Shown: positions 9,721 through 17,797 of the stretch, one piece after another | How the letters are laid out: each line of letters starts with the position of its first letter | How positions within the stretch are numbered: the first letter of the stretch is position 1 | Assembly: GCF_003428155.1 (NCBI RefSeq) | Contig: NZ_QLIR01000002.1 | Coordinates: 90,001 to 122,000, forward strand | Source of the DNA: Fastidiosibacter lacustris | GTDB lineage: Bacteria > Pseudomonadota > Gammaproteobacteria > Francisellales > Francisellaceae | Reading direction: 5' to 3' | DNA: 32,000 bases | Translations under genes and position numbers: made by a program | Notes under the pieces: generated by a model | Databases searched by the model: none | What the model was told of the DNA's origin: nothing | What the model saw: only the letters and a program-made list of their open reading frames with translations

Positions 9721-10183
9721 TGCAATCGACATTCATCATTTTAAGACAGAAATTATTAATTATTGGCATGGCTTTAGTAAAAAAGAACTCGTCGATTTAT
9801 TGACGGTTTATGATATTAAGGAAGCACAAGAAAATGATTTTCAATTTTCAAATGAATTTTATGAGCAATTCTATGAGATTTGCTTAGAGTCCTATCAAAA
9901 AGAACATCTATCAGAAGAGTATGTTGAGGCAATCGTTAACTTGTGTGCAAAATTACCAACCACATTGATGATGTATTTCATGCAAAATGTACACAAGAAA
10001 AATTCAAATTTGTTTCAATTGGTCTATCAAAAATTAAGCAGTGATTCTGATTATCATGAGCTTTATAAGCGTTGTATGTCATTTGAAAAAAATTTGCTTT
10101 TAACCAGAGTGTGTAGTGAGTCTCGATTATTAATAATAGATACCGTGCTGACAAGACTAATGGAGGAAAACCATGCAGGCTAA
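9713..10183 (+). CDS. uncharacterised T4BSS-linked cytoplasmic protein
   Basis: 156 aa; overlaps dotO by 8 nt and dotI by 11 nt, so probably translationally coupled; no signal peptide or TM. Confidence 0.75.
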   Translation: MRDAIDIHHFKTEIINYWHGFSKKELVDLLTVYDIKEAQENDFQFSNEFYEQFYEICLESYQKEHLSEEYVEAIVNLCAKLPTTLMMYFMQNVHKKNSNLFQLVYQKLSSDSDYHELYKRCMSFEKNLLLTRVCSESRLLIIDTVLTRLMEENHAG

Positions 10184-10799
10184 TGTGTTAAAGGCGATTA
10201 CTGAGAAAGCTGAATTTTACAAAAATAATTTTAGACTCATGATTAAAATTTTATTAGTGAGTGTATTGCTAAACTTGGTTTTACTTTTAGGTTTGTGGTA
10301 TAGCCATAAAGAAGAAAAAATCTATTTTCTTGCGATTGATAATCAGGGCGTAGTTAAAGAGCTTAATTTACCTCAAACACCAGTTGTGACCGAAGATATG
10401 TTGATCAATTGGGTTAGTCAGAATGTAAATAAATTGTATAAATTTGATTTTCTTAATTATAAAGAGCAAATTTTGGCCTTGAGACCTCTTTTTACAGATC
10501 ATGGCTGGCAGGCATTTAATGAAGCCTTTAAAGATACAATTAAGCAAGTAGTAGATCAGAAAATGGTAGCAAAAGCGGTACTAAATGGTGTGCCAGTGGT
10601 AACGGCAGTGGGGTATATTGCTGGCATAAAAAGCTGGCAAGTACAAGTGCCTATACTGGTAACTTTCTCTAAAGGGCACGAGGCTGGTAATAATAATATG
10701 ATTTTGAAATTAACGCTTCAGGAAAACACAGATATTTCAGATTTAGCAAGTGGACAATATTTTGGAATTACACAAATTATTCAGCTTAATGAAAAATAA
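10173..10799 (+). CDS. dotI: T4BSS inner-membrane protein DotI/IcmL (TraM-like)
   Basis: 208 aa; TM at ~22-44 then ELNLPQTPVVTEDMLINWVSQNVNKLYKFDFLNYKEQILALRPLFTDHGWQAFNEAF, a typical DotI/IcmL block. Confidence 0.92.
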   Translation: MQANVLKAITEKAEFYKNNFRLMIKILLVSVLLNLVLLLGLWYSHKEEKIYFLAIDNQGVVKELNLPQTPVVTEDMLINWVSQNVNKLYKFDFLNYKEQILALRPLFTDHGWQAFNEAFKDTIKQVVDQKMVAKAVLNGVPVVTAVGYIAGIKSWQVQVPILVTFSKGHEAGNNNMILKLTLQENTDISDLASGQYFGITQIIQLNEK

Positions 10800-10817
10800 T
10801 GAATTGAGAAACCTCAT

Positions 10818-11258
10818 ATGAAAAAAACAAAAGAAAGTAAAGAGAAAATTAGATTCCGTCGTACAAAGAAAATGTTTCTAATTGATTCGTTTCAAAAGCA
10901 GCATAAATTTATTGCTAATATCTTTAAACAGGTATTTAAAATTAGACAACCTGAGCATGAAATGTCATATGAAGACTTAGCAGCAATAGGTGTAGATAGT
11001 AATCGTGTAACTTATCTAATTAGAAGATTTACCTTTATGCTGCGACTATGTTTATTGCTTGCTGTCGTTGATTATTTTTATGCGCTGTATTTATTCATCC
11101 ATGGTTATATATTAGTTGGGTTAATGGCCATATCGGTTTTGCTATTACTTTTGGCCAATGCCTTTAAATATCATTTTTGGCGCTATCAACTATTGAAGAA
11201 AAAATTAGGATGTCATTTTAAAGAATGGTTTAGTGATTTAGTAAAAGGAGTCAAATGA
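10818..11258 (+). CDS. IcmV/TraX-like small membrane protein
   Basis: 146 aa with two central TM helices, basic N-terminus; immediately precedes and overlaps dotA. Confidence 0.55.
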   Translation: MKKTKESKEKIRFRRTKKMFLIDSFQKQHKFIANIFKQVFKIRQPEHEMSYEDLAAIGVDSNRVTYLIRRFTFMLRLCLLLAVVDYFYALYLFIHGYILVGLMAISVLLLLLANAFKYHFWRYQLLKKKLGCHFKEWFSDLVKGVK

Positions 11259-14200
11259 TGGCAACGGGTATAACAGAAAACTGGAGCGCCTGGCAGGTAC
11301 TTGATCAGCTATTTGGTTTTGATAGCCAAAATACTTCGGCATCTGCCGCCTTGTCAGGGCAAGCAAGTGACGTTGCTTTTAGGGAGCTTATTTATTATTT
11401 CAATTGTGGCATTATTATGGCAGTAATTGCTATTTATGCTTTTATTCTGGTAATTGGCACGATTAATACAGCAAAAGATGGTACTTTTTTAGGTAAAAAT
11501 TGGAGCTCTTATTGGATTCCTTTGCGAACTATTTTAGGTTCTGCATGTGCAATTCCATTAAAATCAGGTTTTTGTATGGCACAATACTTTGTTTTTTTGA
11601 TGGTGGGAGTGAGCATTAATTTTGCTAATCAAGTATGGCAAAATACTTATGAAAAACTCGATAAGGATAAAGTACCGCCTGTGATGAGTTTTGATATATC
11701 AGATGGAGTGAAGACTGACATTGCTTTGTATCTTTTAGCAGGTTTTTCAGCAGATATGTTAAAAAACGTTGGTATGCCTACAGGTAGTGATAATAAATAT
11801 GATGCTTTGGATACGACTAAAGTGGATCAAATGTCTTTAGTACAAGCGGCAATGAAAATCGAAAAAAACATTACCCAAAAGATGATTGACAATAATCAAT
11901 TAGACGATATTTACGTTACGAAAGACAAAAAAATTAATACAGCCAACATAGAAAGACTCAAACAAGGTATGCAGCAATGGTCAGTGATTGAGGATGATAA
12001 CTACGTTCAATTTGATGTTTACAAAATCATTAACCACTATATATTTAGGTTACCTATCACTCAACCTGATCAGGATAAAGTTTCTACGGCGTTAAATACT
12101 TATTGTTATGTTGAAAAAAAGGATGAAGGATCACAACCACGTTCTTGTCAAGACATGGTTAATAGTATTATGGCTATTCATAACAATAGTATGGATATTA
12201 ATAAGCACCTAACAAACGATGCAGATGTTATTTTTACGTTGTCTCAGGCGATTGCCAGAGGGTTTCAACAAAAATTAAAGGACGAAGCAAAAAATACCGA
12301 TCAAGATAAAGTCAACTCTACTGAAGATGATAAAAAGGAGGGTGAAAATGACTGGTGGAATGCAGATCAAAAGTACTTTAAATTGGATGGTAATTTTGAG
12401 GAAGTATTAAAAGCATTTCATAATGACTTTGCAATATTTGATGACTTATTGTATAACAACCAGCAAAGTCAAATCACTATTGATAAAGTGGGTGTGACAC
12501 TACAGTATTTAAAAAATAACAATAGTATTAGTAGCTTAGTTGACCATTATAATGATGGTTCTCTTGAATATAGACTTTATCCTGACACCCACGCAGATGA
12601 AAAAAATCCTAAGCATAATAAAGAGGTCAAATTAACTGATTATACAGAAAATGATAAAACAGATAAGTTTATTCAGTTGGATGTCACTAAGCTTAAACAG
12701 CAAATGATAGATGTTTTTCATAACGTGTACGGAGATAAGGATAATCAGTACTGTAGGGATCAATTTAGCAAGCTTTTTCCTAATCAGCATATTATTGATG
12801 GTTTTAGTTGTAAGGATTTAATCGATGCGGTTGTTCCTTCTTCTATTTCAACAGATATTGGTAAGTATTTTTTAGTTATTCAAACGGCACTTGCTAATAG
12901 TAAATCAGGGATAGAAAGCTTGAAAGCAGAATATATCAGCCAATTTTTGTACTTAGTGCGTTTGTTTCAGCTAAATAATGTCGGTTTTTTCCATGAAGGT
13001 GCAGTAGTTGCTGATATTGCTTCTCCTGCGGAGAGTTTTTTAAATGGAATTTTCCAAAAAATGAGCCTTAATGCTGATGCAGGAGGAATGTTAAGTCAAA
13101 TTTATAATATTGGTGAAGCAGTAACTCCTGGCGTTGAAATGACAAATGCCTTTTCAGCGTTAAGACAGATCCAAGGTGTGGGGCAGTCATTAATTAAAAT
13201 GGTAGTTGATACTTTGCAATCTGTTACCGAAAAAACAGAGAAAGCTTTTACAGATGTTTTAATTGAAGTATCTACTATTCAGGGTGCGTCAAAACTTGCT
13301 GCATTAGGAACTGCGGCTTTTAGTTATTTTACACCTGGGTTGCCTGGTGTGATTTCTTCAATTGGAGACGTTGGTGCACAATTGGCGACCCTTATTACTA
13401 TGACGAATTTAACGATGTCATTAGTATGGTTACCCTTAGTATTTTTTGTTTTAGTGACCTTATTTACCAATGCAGTTTTATTCGCACTTATTATTCCATT
13501 GACCCCATTTATCTTATTTTGGGCGGGAAAGATTGCATGGTTGTTACTCATTATTGAAGCTTTAGTTGCAGCCCCTGTTGTGGCATTAGGTATTGTTTAT
13601 CCAGAAGGACATGAAGTATTTGGTAAAGCGGAACCTGCTATTCAAATCATGTTGAACCTTGTCTTAAGACCTGTATTGATGGTATTTGGGTTAATTACTG
13701 CGATTATTTTGACATATCTGGTTATTGCCATTTCGGCAAAAGGATTTCACGCTGTAGCAACTCAAATTAGCAATGTGTATGGTACATCGAGTGACAGTTA
13801 TGTAACGGGGACATTAAACTTATTATTGGTATTTATGTATGCAAGCTTTATTGGTTTAGCCTTTTACAAGTGCTTTTCATTAATTTATATTTTGCCAGAT
13901 AAAATATTGCATTGGGTAGGTGGCACACATAATGAGCGTGCAGGTGCTGAAGATATGCAAGAGATGAAGTCTTCTGGTATGCAAAATGCTCAAGGTATGG
14001 CACAAGCAGGCACACAAACGGCAGAGAAATATAATCAAGGCAAAACAGAAGAAATGCATGGTGTTCAAAACATGGGCTCTAGTGTGGGACATGTCGGCAC
14101 GTCTGTGGATAATTACAAATATCATAAAAATCAGAAAGGTAGTAGCGGTGGAGGTGAAAATAGTGCGCACCTTAATAACCCCGTTAATCCTAACAAATAA
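11255..14200 (+). CDS. dotA: T4BSS polytopic membrane protein DotA/TraY
   Basis: 981 aa; IGTINTAKDGTFLGKNWSSYWIPLRTILGSACAIPLKSGFC, large periplasmic insert, C-terminal cluster of TMs (WLPLVFFVLVTLFTNAVLFALIIPLTPFILFW). Confidence 0.9.
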   Translation: MMATGITENWSAWQVLDQLFGFDSQNTSASAALSGQASDVAFRELIYYFNCGIIMAVIAIYAFILVIGTINTAKDGTFLGKNWSSYWIPLRTILGSACAIPLKSGFCMAQYFVFLMVGVSINFANQVWQNTYEKLDKDKVPPVMSFDISDGVKTDIALYLLAGFSADMLKNVGMPTGSDNKYDALDTTKVDQMSLVQAAMKIEKNITQKMIDNNQLDDIYVTKDKKINTANIERLKQGMQQWSVIEDDNYVQFDVYKIINHYIFRLPITQPDQDKVSTALNTYCYVEKKDEGSQPRSCQDMVNSIMAIHNNSMDINKHLTNDADVIFTLSQAIARGFQQKLKDEAKNTDQDKVNSTEDDKKEGENDWWNADQKYFKLDGNFEEVLKAFHNDFAIFDDLLYNNQQSQITIDKVGVTLQYLKNNNSISSLVDHYNDGSLEYRLYPDTHADEKNPKHNKEVKLTDYTENDKTDKFIQLDVTKLKQQMIDVFHNVYGDKDNQYCRDQFSKLFPNQHIIDGFSCKDLIDAVVPSSISTDIGKYFLVIQTALANSKSGIESLKAEYISQFLYLVRLFQLNNVGFFHEGAVVADIASPAESFLNGIFQKMSLNADAGGMLSQIYNIGEAVTPGVEMTNAFSALRQIQGVGQSLIKMVVDTLQSVTEKTEKAFTDVLIEVSTIQGASKLAALGTAAFSYFTPGLPGVISSIGDVGAQLATLITMTNLTMSLVWLPLVFFVLVTLFTNAVLFALIIPLTPFILFWAGKIAWLLLIIEALVAAPVVALGIVYPEGHEVFGKAEPAIQIMLNLVLRPVLMVFGLITAIILTYLVIAISAKGFHAVATQISNVYGTSSDSYVTGTLNLLLVFMYASFIGLAFYKCFSLIYILPDKILHWVGGTHNERAGAEDMQEMKSSGMQNAQGMAQAGTQTAEKYNQGKTEEMHGVQNMGSSVGHVGTSVDNYKYHKNQKGSSGGGENSAHLNNPVNPNK

Positions 14201-14248
14201 GGCTTAAATCTTGTCATAAGTTATGAATGGAAGTGGAGAAATAAGATA

Positions 14249-15052
14249 ATGAAAAATAAAATTAAATTAATTATTGGTTTAGGAGTCATTATATCCCCAA
14301 TATGGGCTTTTGCTGTCACAGACTATTATATTACGATTAAAAACAATACCCCTTATACTTTGGTAGAACCAGGAACTTGGGTGGATGAAGGACGAGGATT
14401 TCAGACGAGTAAATCTAATATTAATGGAGGTAAAGAGTATACCTATGAAGTAGATGCTACATCTGGACCAGGCGGTGATACACGAGTAAGGGGGGGGATT
14501 GCTTATAGAATTAATGATTTTAATAATGATCGTTTTATGGCTGGGATTAAATTTAACATTGATGCCCATTCGGATCAATCACCACAATGGGCAGAGGCCT
14601 ATACGAATGGGGATGATAACTTATTACACGTTGATTATAGATTTACAGGAAGTCGTTATCTTGAAGTTACAGTGACAGTAGCAATGAACGTATTCCCCTA
14701 TCGTTTTATTTCTTTGGGACTCGGTTCTTTGAATGTTAGCGCTTGTGGTCAACATGCAACGCCATTAGCAAATGGTTTCTATGGTAATCCGTGTAAAGGA
14801 AACAATGATAGCTTTCTAAGTATTGGTTTTGCAAATTCTCCTGATTTATGTAGATTGACGATTAATTCTAATGGAGAAATTAAAGATGGGTTGATTTCTT
14901 GTAATATGGGGACCGAAGCGCGTTATATTAAAGATAAATCTACAATTGTCTTTGTATGCCAATCCAAAGGTTATGGCACGAGTTCTTGTCCGTGGTTAAC
15001 TTGGGAGGGACAATCTGATTCATACAGTAAAGCTATAAATGGCACTTTTTGA
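14249..15052 (+). CDS. secreted protein of unknown function, six Cys in mature region
   Basis: 267 aa; signal peptide MKNKIKLIIGLGVIISPIWAFA; YYITIKNNTPYTL N-terminal beta-like segment; tandem with dotA. Confidence 0.8.
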   Translation: MKNKIKLIIGLGVIISPIWAFAVTDYYITIKNNTPYTLVEPGTWVDEGRGFQTSKSNINGGKEYTYEVDATSGPGGDTRVRGGIAYRINDFNNDRFMAGIKFNIDAHSDQSPQWAEAYTNGDDNLLHVDYRFTGSRYLEVTVTVAMNVFPYRFISLGLGSLNVSACGQHATPLANGFYGNPCKGNNDSFLSIGFANSPDLCRLTINSNGEIKDGLISCNMGTEARYIKDKSTIVFVCQSKGYGTSSCPWLTWEGQSDSYSKAINGTF

Positions 15053-15096
15053 GTATCTTTCAATGTTGTCTGTCAAGATTGTAAATACGTTATAAG

Positions 15097-15115
15097 ATTC
15101 AGCAATTTGATGAAT
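15097..15115 (+). promoter_or_regulatory. candidate operator ATTCAGCAATTTGATGAAT upstream of the 87-aa gene
   Basis: Embedded in dyad AGATTCA-N9-TGAATCT (15095-15117); 17/19 identical to 3845-3863; TATAAT at 15153-15158 starts 38 nt after the motif end. Confidence 0.55.
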
Positions 15116-15152
15116 CTACTCATATACTATGGTGTCTTTTGAATAATGCTCA

Positions 15153-15158
15153 TATAAT
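15153..15158 (+). promoter_or_regulatory. -10-like hexamer TATAAT
   Basis: Consensus TATAAT 38 nt upstream of the ATG at 15197; no good -35 at 17 nt spacing. Confidence 0.45.
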
Positions 15159-15196
15159 AACAACAGATTTAACTAAATATACTCTAGGGGGAAACA

Positions 15197-15460
15197 ATGA
15201 GTAGTCAAAATAATAATGGTAGTAAAAATGAGCAGTATAAGGTTAATGTTGTTTCAGATGAAAAAGCAATTGCTGCGATGAAAGAAGCTTTTAAACTTTC
15301 TGCAAAATTAGAGCAGGATTCAATTAATCGTTTTTCACAAGACAATTGGTTTAATCAACCAATAGAAAAAATAGATTATGATGTTAAAAGTGGTTCAAAT
15401 TATAAAGGTGATATTTTCAAAGGTGGTTCAGACGTTGGAACACAGAATACCCCAAGATAA
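15197..15460 (+). CDS. small polar protein, unknown function
   Basis: 87 aa; preceded by AGGGGGAAACA purine-rich RBS; no TM or signal peptide. Confidence 0.65.
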   Translation: MSSQNNNGSKNEQYKVNVVSDEKAIAAMKEAFKLSAKLEQDSINRFSQDNWFNQPIEKIDYDVKSGSNYKGDIFKGGSDVGTQNTPR

Positions 15461-15489
15461 TTGTTATTGGATTATATAATAGCTTTATG

Positions 15490-15504
15490 AAGTCAAGTTG
15501 ACTT
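15490..15504. promoter_or_regulatory. perfect palindrome AAGTCAA-G-TTGACTT in intergenic region
   Basis: 7-bp arms around one central nucleotide, 155 nt upstream of the 381-aa gene. Confidence 0.3.
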
Positions 15505-15659
15505 AAACCAGTAAATCGATTTCATCAAGCTCTAAAAGTTTCAACTGATGTTTTGATTGCAAGGTCACCTAGCTCTTGCAAGAAGAAAAGTACACTTTCG
15601 TTCCCATGATTAACATCAATAGATAGCGTTTTTTATTTTTAATAAAGAGGAATTTTAAT

Positions 15660-16805
15660 ATGTCATTTGATTTAAATAATACGATTTTTTATGCAGTAAA
15701 AAAAGATGGTGCAAACAACTATGAAATAAAGGCTGTAGAAAAAGTTGGGTTTTATTCTGATAAATATATGAAGGATCAAGATAAATCTAAAGAACATTAC
15801 TTGCTGAGTGTTAATAATTTAAAAAAGGATAAACGTGAAAAATTGTTTAAAAAGGATAAAGACAATAAATTTGATCTGTTGGAAAAAACCGAATGGTCAG
15901 AACAAGAACTTAATGAAATATTGGGTGTTAATTGGAATAACAATAAGATTGATTTTCAACAAGGTGCTGATTATAACTTTGCGCAATTGACTAATCTAAG
16001 TCAGGTTAAAACAAAGGATGAAGCAAAAGCTTTGGTAGAGGTGTTAAATACGCTGCTTCCTCAAGGTAGTGATGGCACTAAATTACCAAAATTTGAGTTC
16101 AAAAAATTTAAGCAGGATAAAAAAGACAATGCCACAATTTACACGTTAAAATCAGGCGAAGATGCTTACACTATCACCCAAAAAAGTGATGGCATAACTC
16201 ATATTGAAGCAAGTAATAACGGAAAAGAGTTCGCACTTTGTGTACTGGCGACTGCTGCAACTTTACGTGCTAATACCCGAGCGAATTTAAAAGCAAAGGT
16301 TCTAGAAGCGGTAGATAAGCTGGATAAAAACGATCCAGACTTTGAAAAGAAAAAATATGAAAAAGTAAGAGAAATACTAAATATAGGTTTACCTAAACAG
16401 CAAGTTAATCCGCCAAAAGAACACCCTAATAGTAATTCTCAGAATAAATTGAAACAACCAAATGAGAATAAAAATTTAAACAAACAAATTCAGCAGGAAA
16501 TAGTTCCTACTGTTACATTGAAATTAAAACCAATCTATAAAAAGAAAGATAATAATAAAGATGATGATGATTTAGATTGGAAGCAATATGAGGCAATTAA
16601 GGAAGCTTACGATAAGGCAGGTGTTCGCGTTAGATTGGATGATACAATGTTTGCAAAAAATCAAAAAGGAGAGTCGGCATATTCAGCAGAAGCACAAACA
16701 AAGTTACAAGAAATCTTTAAGAATAATGATTATTCTGAAGCATTTATGAATTATTATTTAGGCAAGCAAAATACAACTAGCGCAGAAAATGTTGGCACAT
16801 TATGA
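15660..16805 (+). CDS. uncharacterised lysine-rich soluble protein; candidate T4BSS effector or accessory protein
   Basis: 381 aa; RBS-like AAAGAGGAA; no signal peptide; charged Asn/Lys-rich linker between N- and C-terminal regions. Confidence 0.78.
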   Translation: MSFDLNNTIFYAVKKDGANNYEIKAVEKVGFYSDKYMKDQDKSKEHYLLSVNNLKKDKREKLFKKDKDNKFDLLEKTEWSEQELNEILGVNWNNNKIDFQQGADYNFAQLTNLSQVKTKDEAKALVEVLNTLLPQGSDGTKLPKFEFKKFKQDKKDNATIYTLKSGEDAYTITQKSDGITHIEASNNGKEFALCVLATAATLRANTRANLKAKVLEAVDKLDKNDPDFEKKKYEKVREILNIGLPKQQVNPPKEHPNSNSQNKLKQPNENKNLNKQIQQEIVPTVTLKLKPIYKKKDNNKDDDDLDWKQYEAIKEAYDKAGVRVRLDDTMFAKNQKGESAYSAEAQTKLQEIFKNNDYSEAFMNYYLGKQNTTSAENVGTL

Positions 16806-16849
16806 ACTTAACTATCAACTTGTTAAGGTCAAATTAACTTGGGGGGCTT

Positions 16850-17599
16850 ATGTCTTCATTACAAACAAAAATAAAACAAATATCACAACAATTATTAGAG
16901 CAGCAACAGGAATTTGAATTCAAAAAACCACTATTGCAATTTTTAAACCAGGTTTATATAGAGCAAGGTAAAATTCAAGTTTTGCAAGATAAACTGGAAA
17001 AATTCATAGAATTGTTAGGTCGATATTTAAAAACGTATGCACATGTACATAAAGTAAATGAAGAAATAAATGAAGAAGACCAAGAAAGTTTAGATGAAGC
17101 CTTAAAAGAAATAGAAGTTTTTTACCATGATTTGCATAACAAGTATGAAGAGCAACAGCATCAGTTTAAAAAGAAAGAAAAAGTTAAGTTAAAAGGTGTT
17201 TATAGTAAAAATAAAGAGGCACATGATGCAAACGATGTTTTAGAATCACAATATGGAATAGCCGAAGATGATAAAATGACACAGGAAAAGGTGGAATTAT
17301 TGGTGCAAACTTTAGATAAAGAACAGCCTTGTATTTTATCTTTTTCGCTGACCGAGAATAGCTTGTATAATTTAACAATGATCGTGCAGGAAATGTTAAG
17401 TTGTGATTGGCTAAAAGATAATATTTGCTTAAATTTATGTAAGAGTCGTAAATCTAAGTTAAACGATAAATGTTTATCACATATACGTGAGCTGTCTGAA
17501 TTATTATCTCCTGGTGAGTATCAAAACCCTTTGTCTTTCTTGTTTAAGGAAAATAATGAAAAACCAGAGCAAATGCTGAAAATCGGTAAATTAATGTGA
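16850..17599 (+). CDS. uncharacterised coiled-coil protein; candidate T4BSS effector or accessory protein
   Basis: 249 aa; heptad-like N-terminal half (QLLEQQQEFEFKKPLLQFLNQVYIEQGKIQVLQDKLEKFIELLGR); no signal peptide; tandem with the 381-aa gene. Confidence 0.78.
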   Translation: MSSLQTKIKQISQQLLEQQQEFEFKKPLLQFLNQVYIEQGKIQVLQDKLEKFIELLGRYLKTYAHVHKVNEEINEEDQESLDEALKEIEVFYHDLHNKYEEQQHQFKKKEKVKLKGVYSKNKEAHDANDVLESQYGIAEDDKMTQEKVELLVQTLDKEQPCILSFSLTENSLYNLTMIVQEMLSCDWLKDNICLNLCKSRKSKLNDKCLSHIRELSELLSPGEYQNPLSFLFKENNEKPEQMLKIGKLM

Positions 17600-17797
17600 T
17601 CAACATTGTAAGCAAAGTGAGTTATTGGTAATAAAATATCACATAATTTTATTTTTAAAAATTAAAAACCTTAATGCTATAAACACATTGATCGTTTAGT
17701 AAAGTGTGTACATATTTCAAGTATTGTTTGTATATTGATCTTTAGGTGAATATAAAGTAGTATTTGCCCACATTGTTCTAGCTATACGTAGAGTTAA

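Noticed and set aside
13324-14578. Minus-strand ORFs of 75, 96 and 99 aa and the +2-frame 73-aa ORF under dotA and the secreted protein
   Set aside because: All lie within well-supported plus-strand genes; no independent signal.
15511-15529. Possible third copy of the conserved dyad (GTAAATCGATTTCATCAAG)
   Set aside because: Only about 13/19 positions match, the outer arms are not preserved and there is no -10-like hexamer at the 38-nt spacing.
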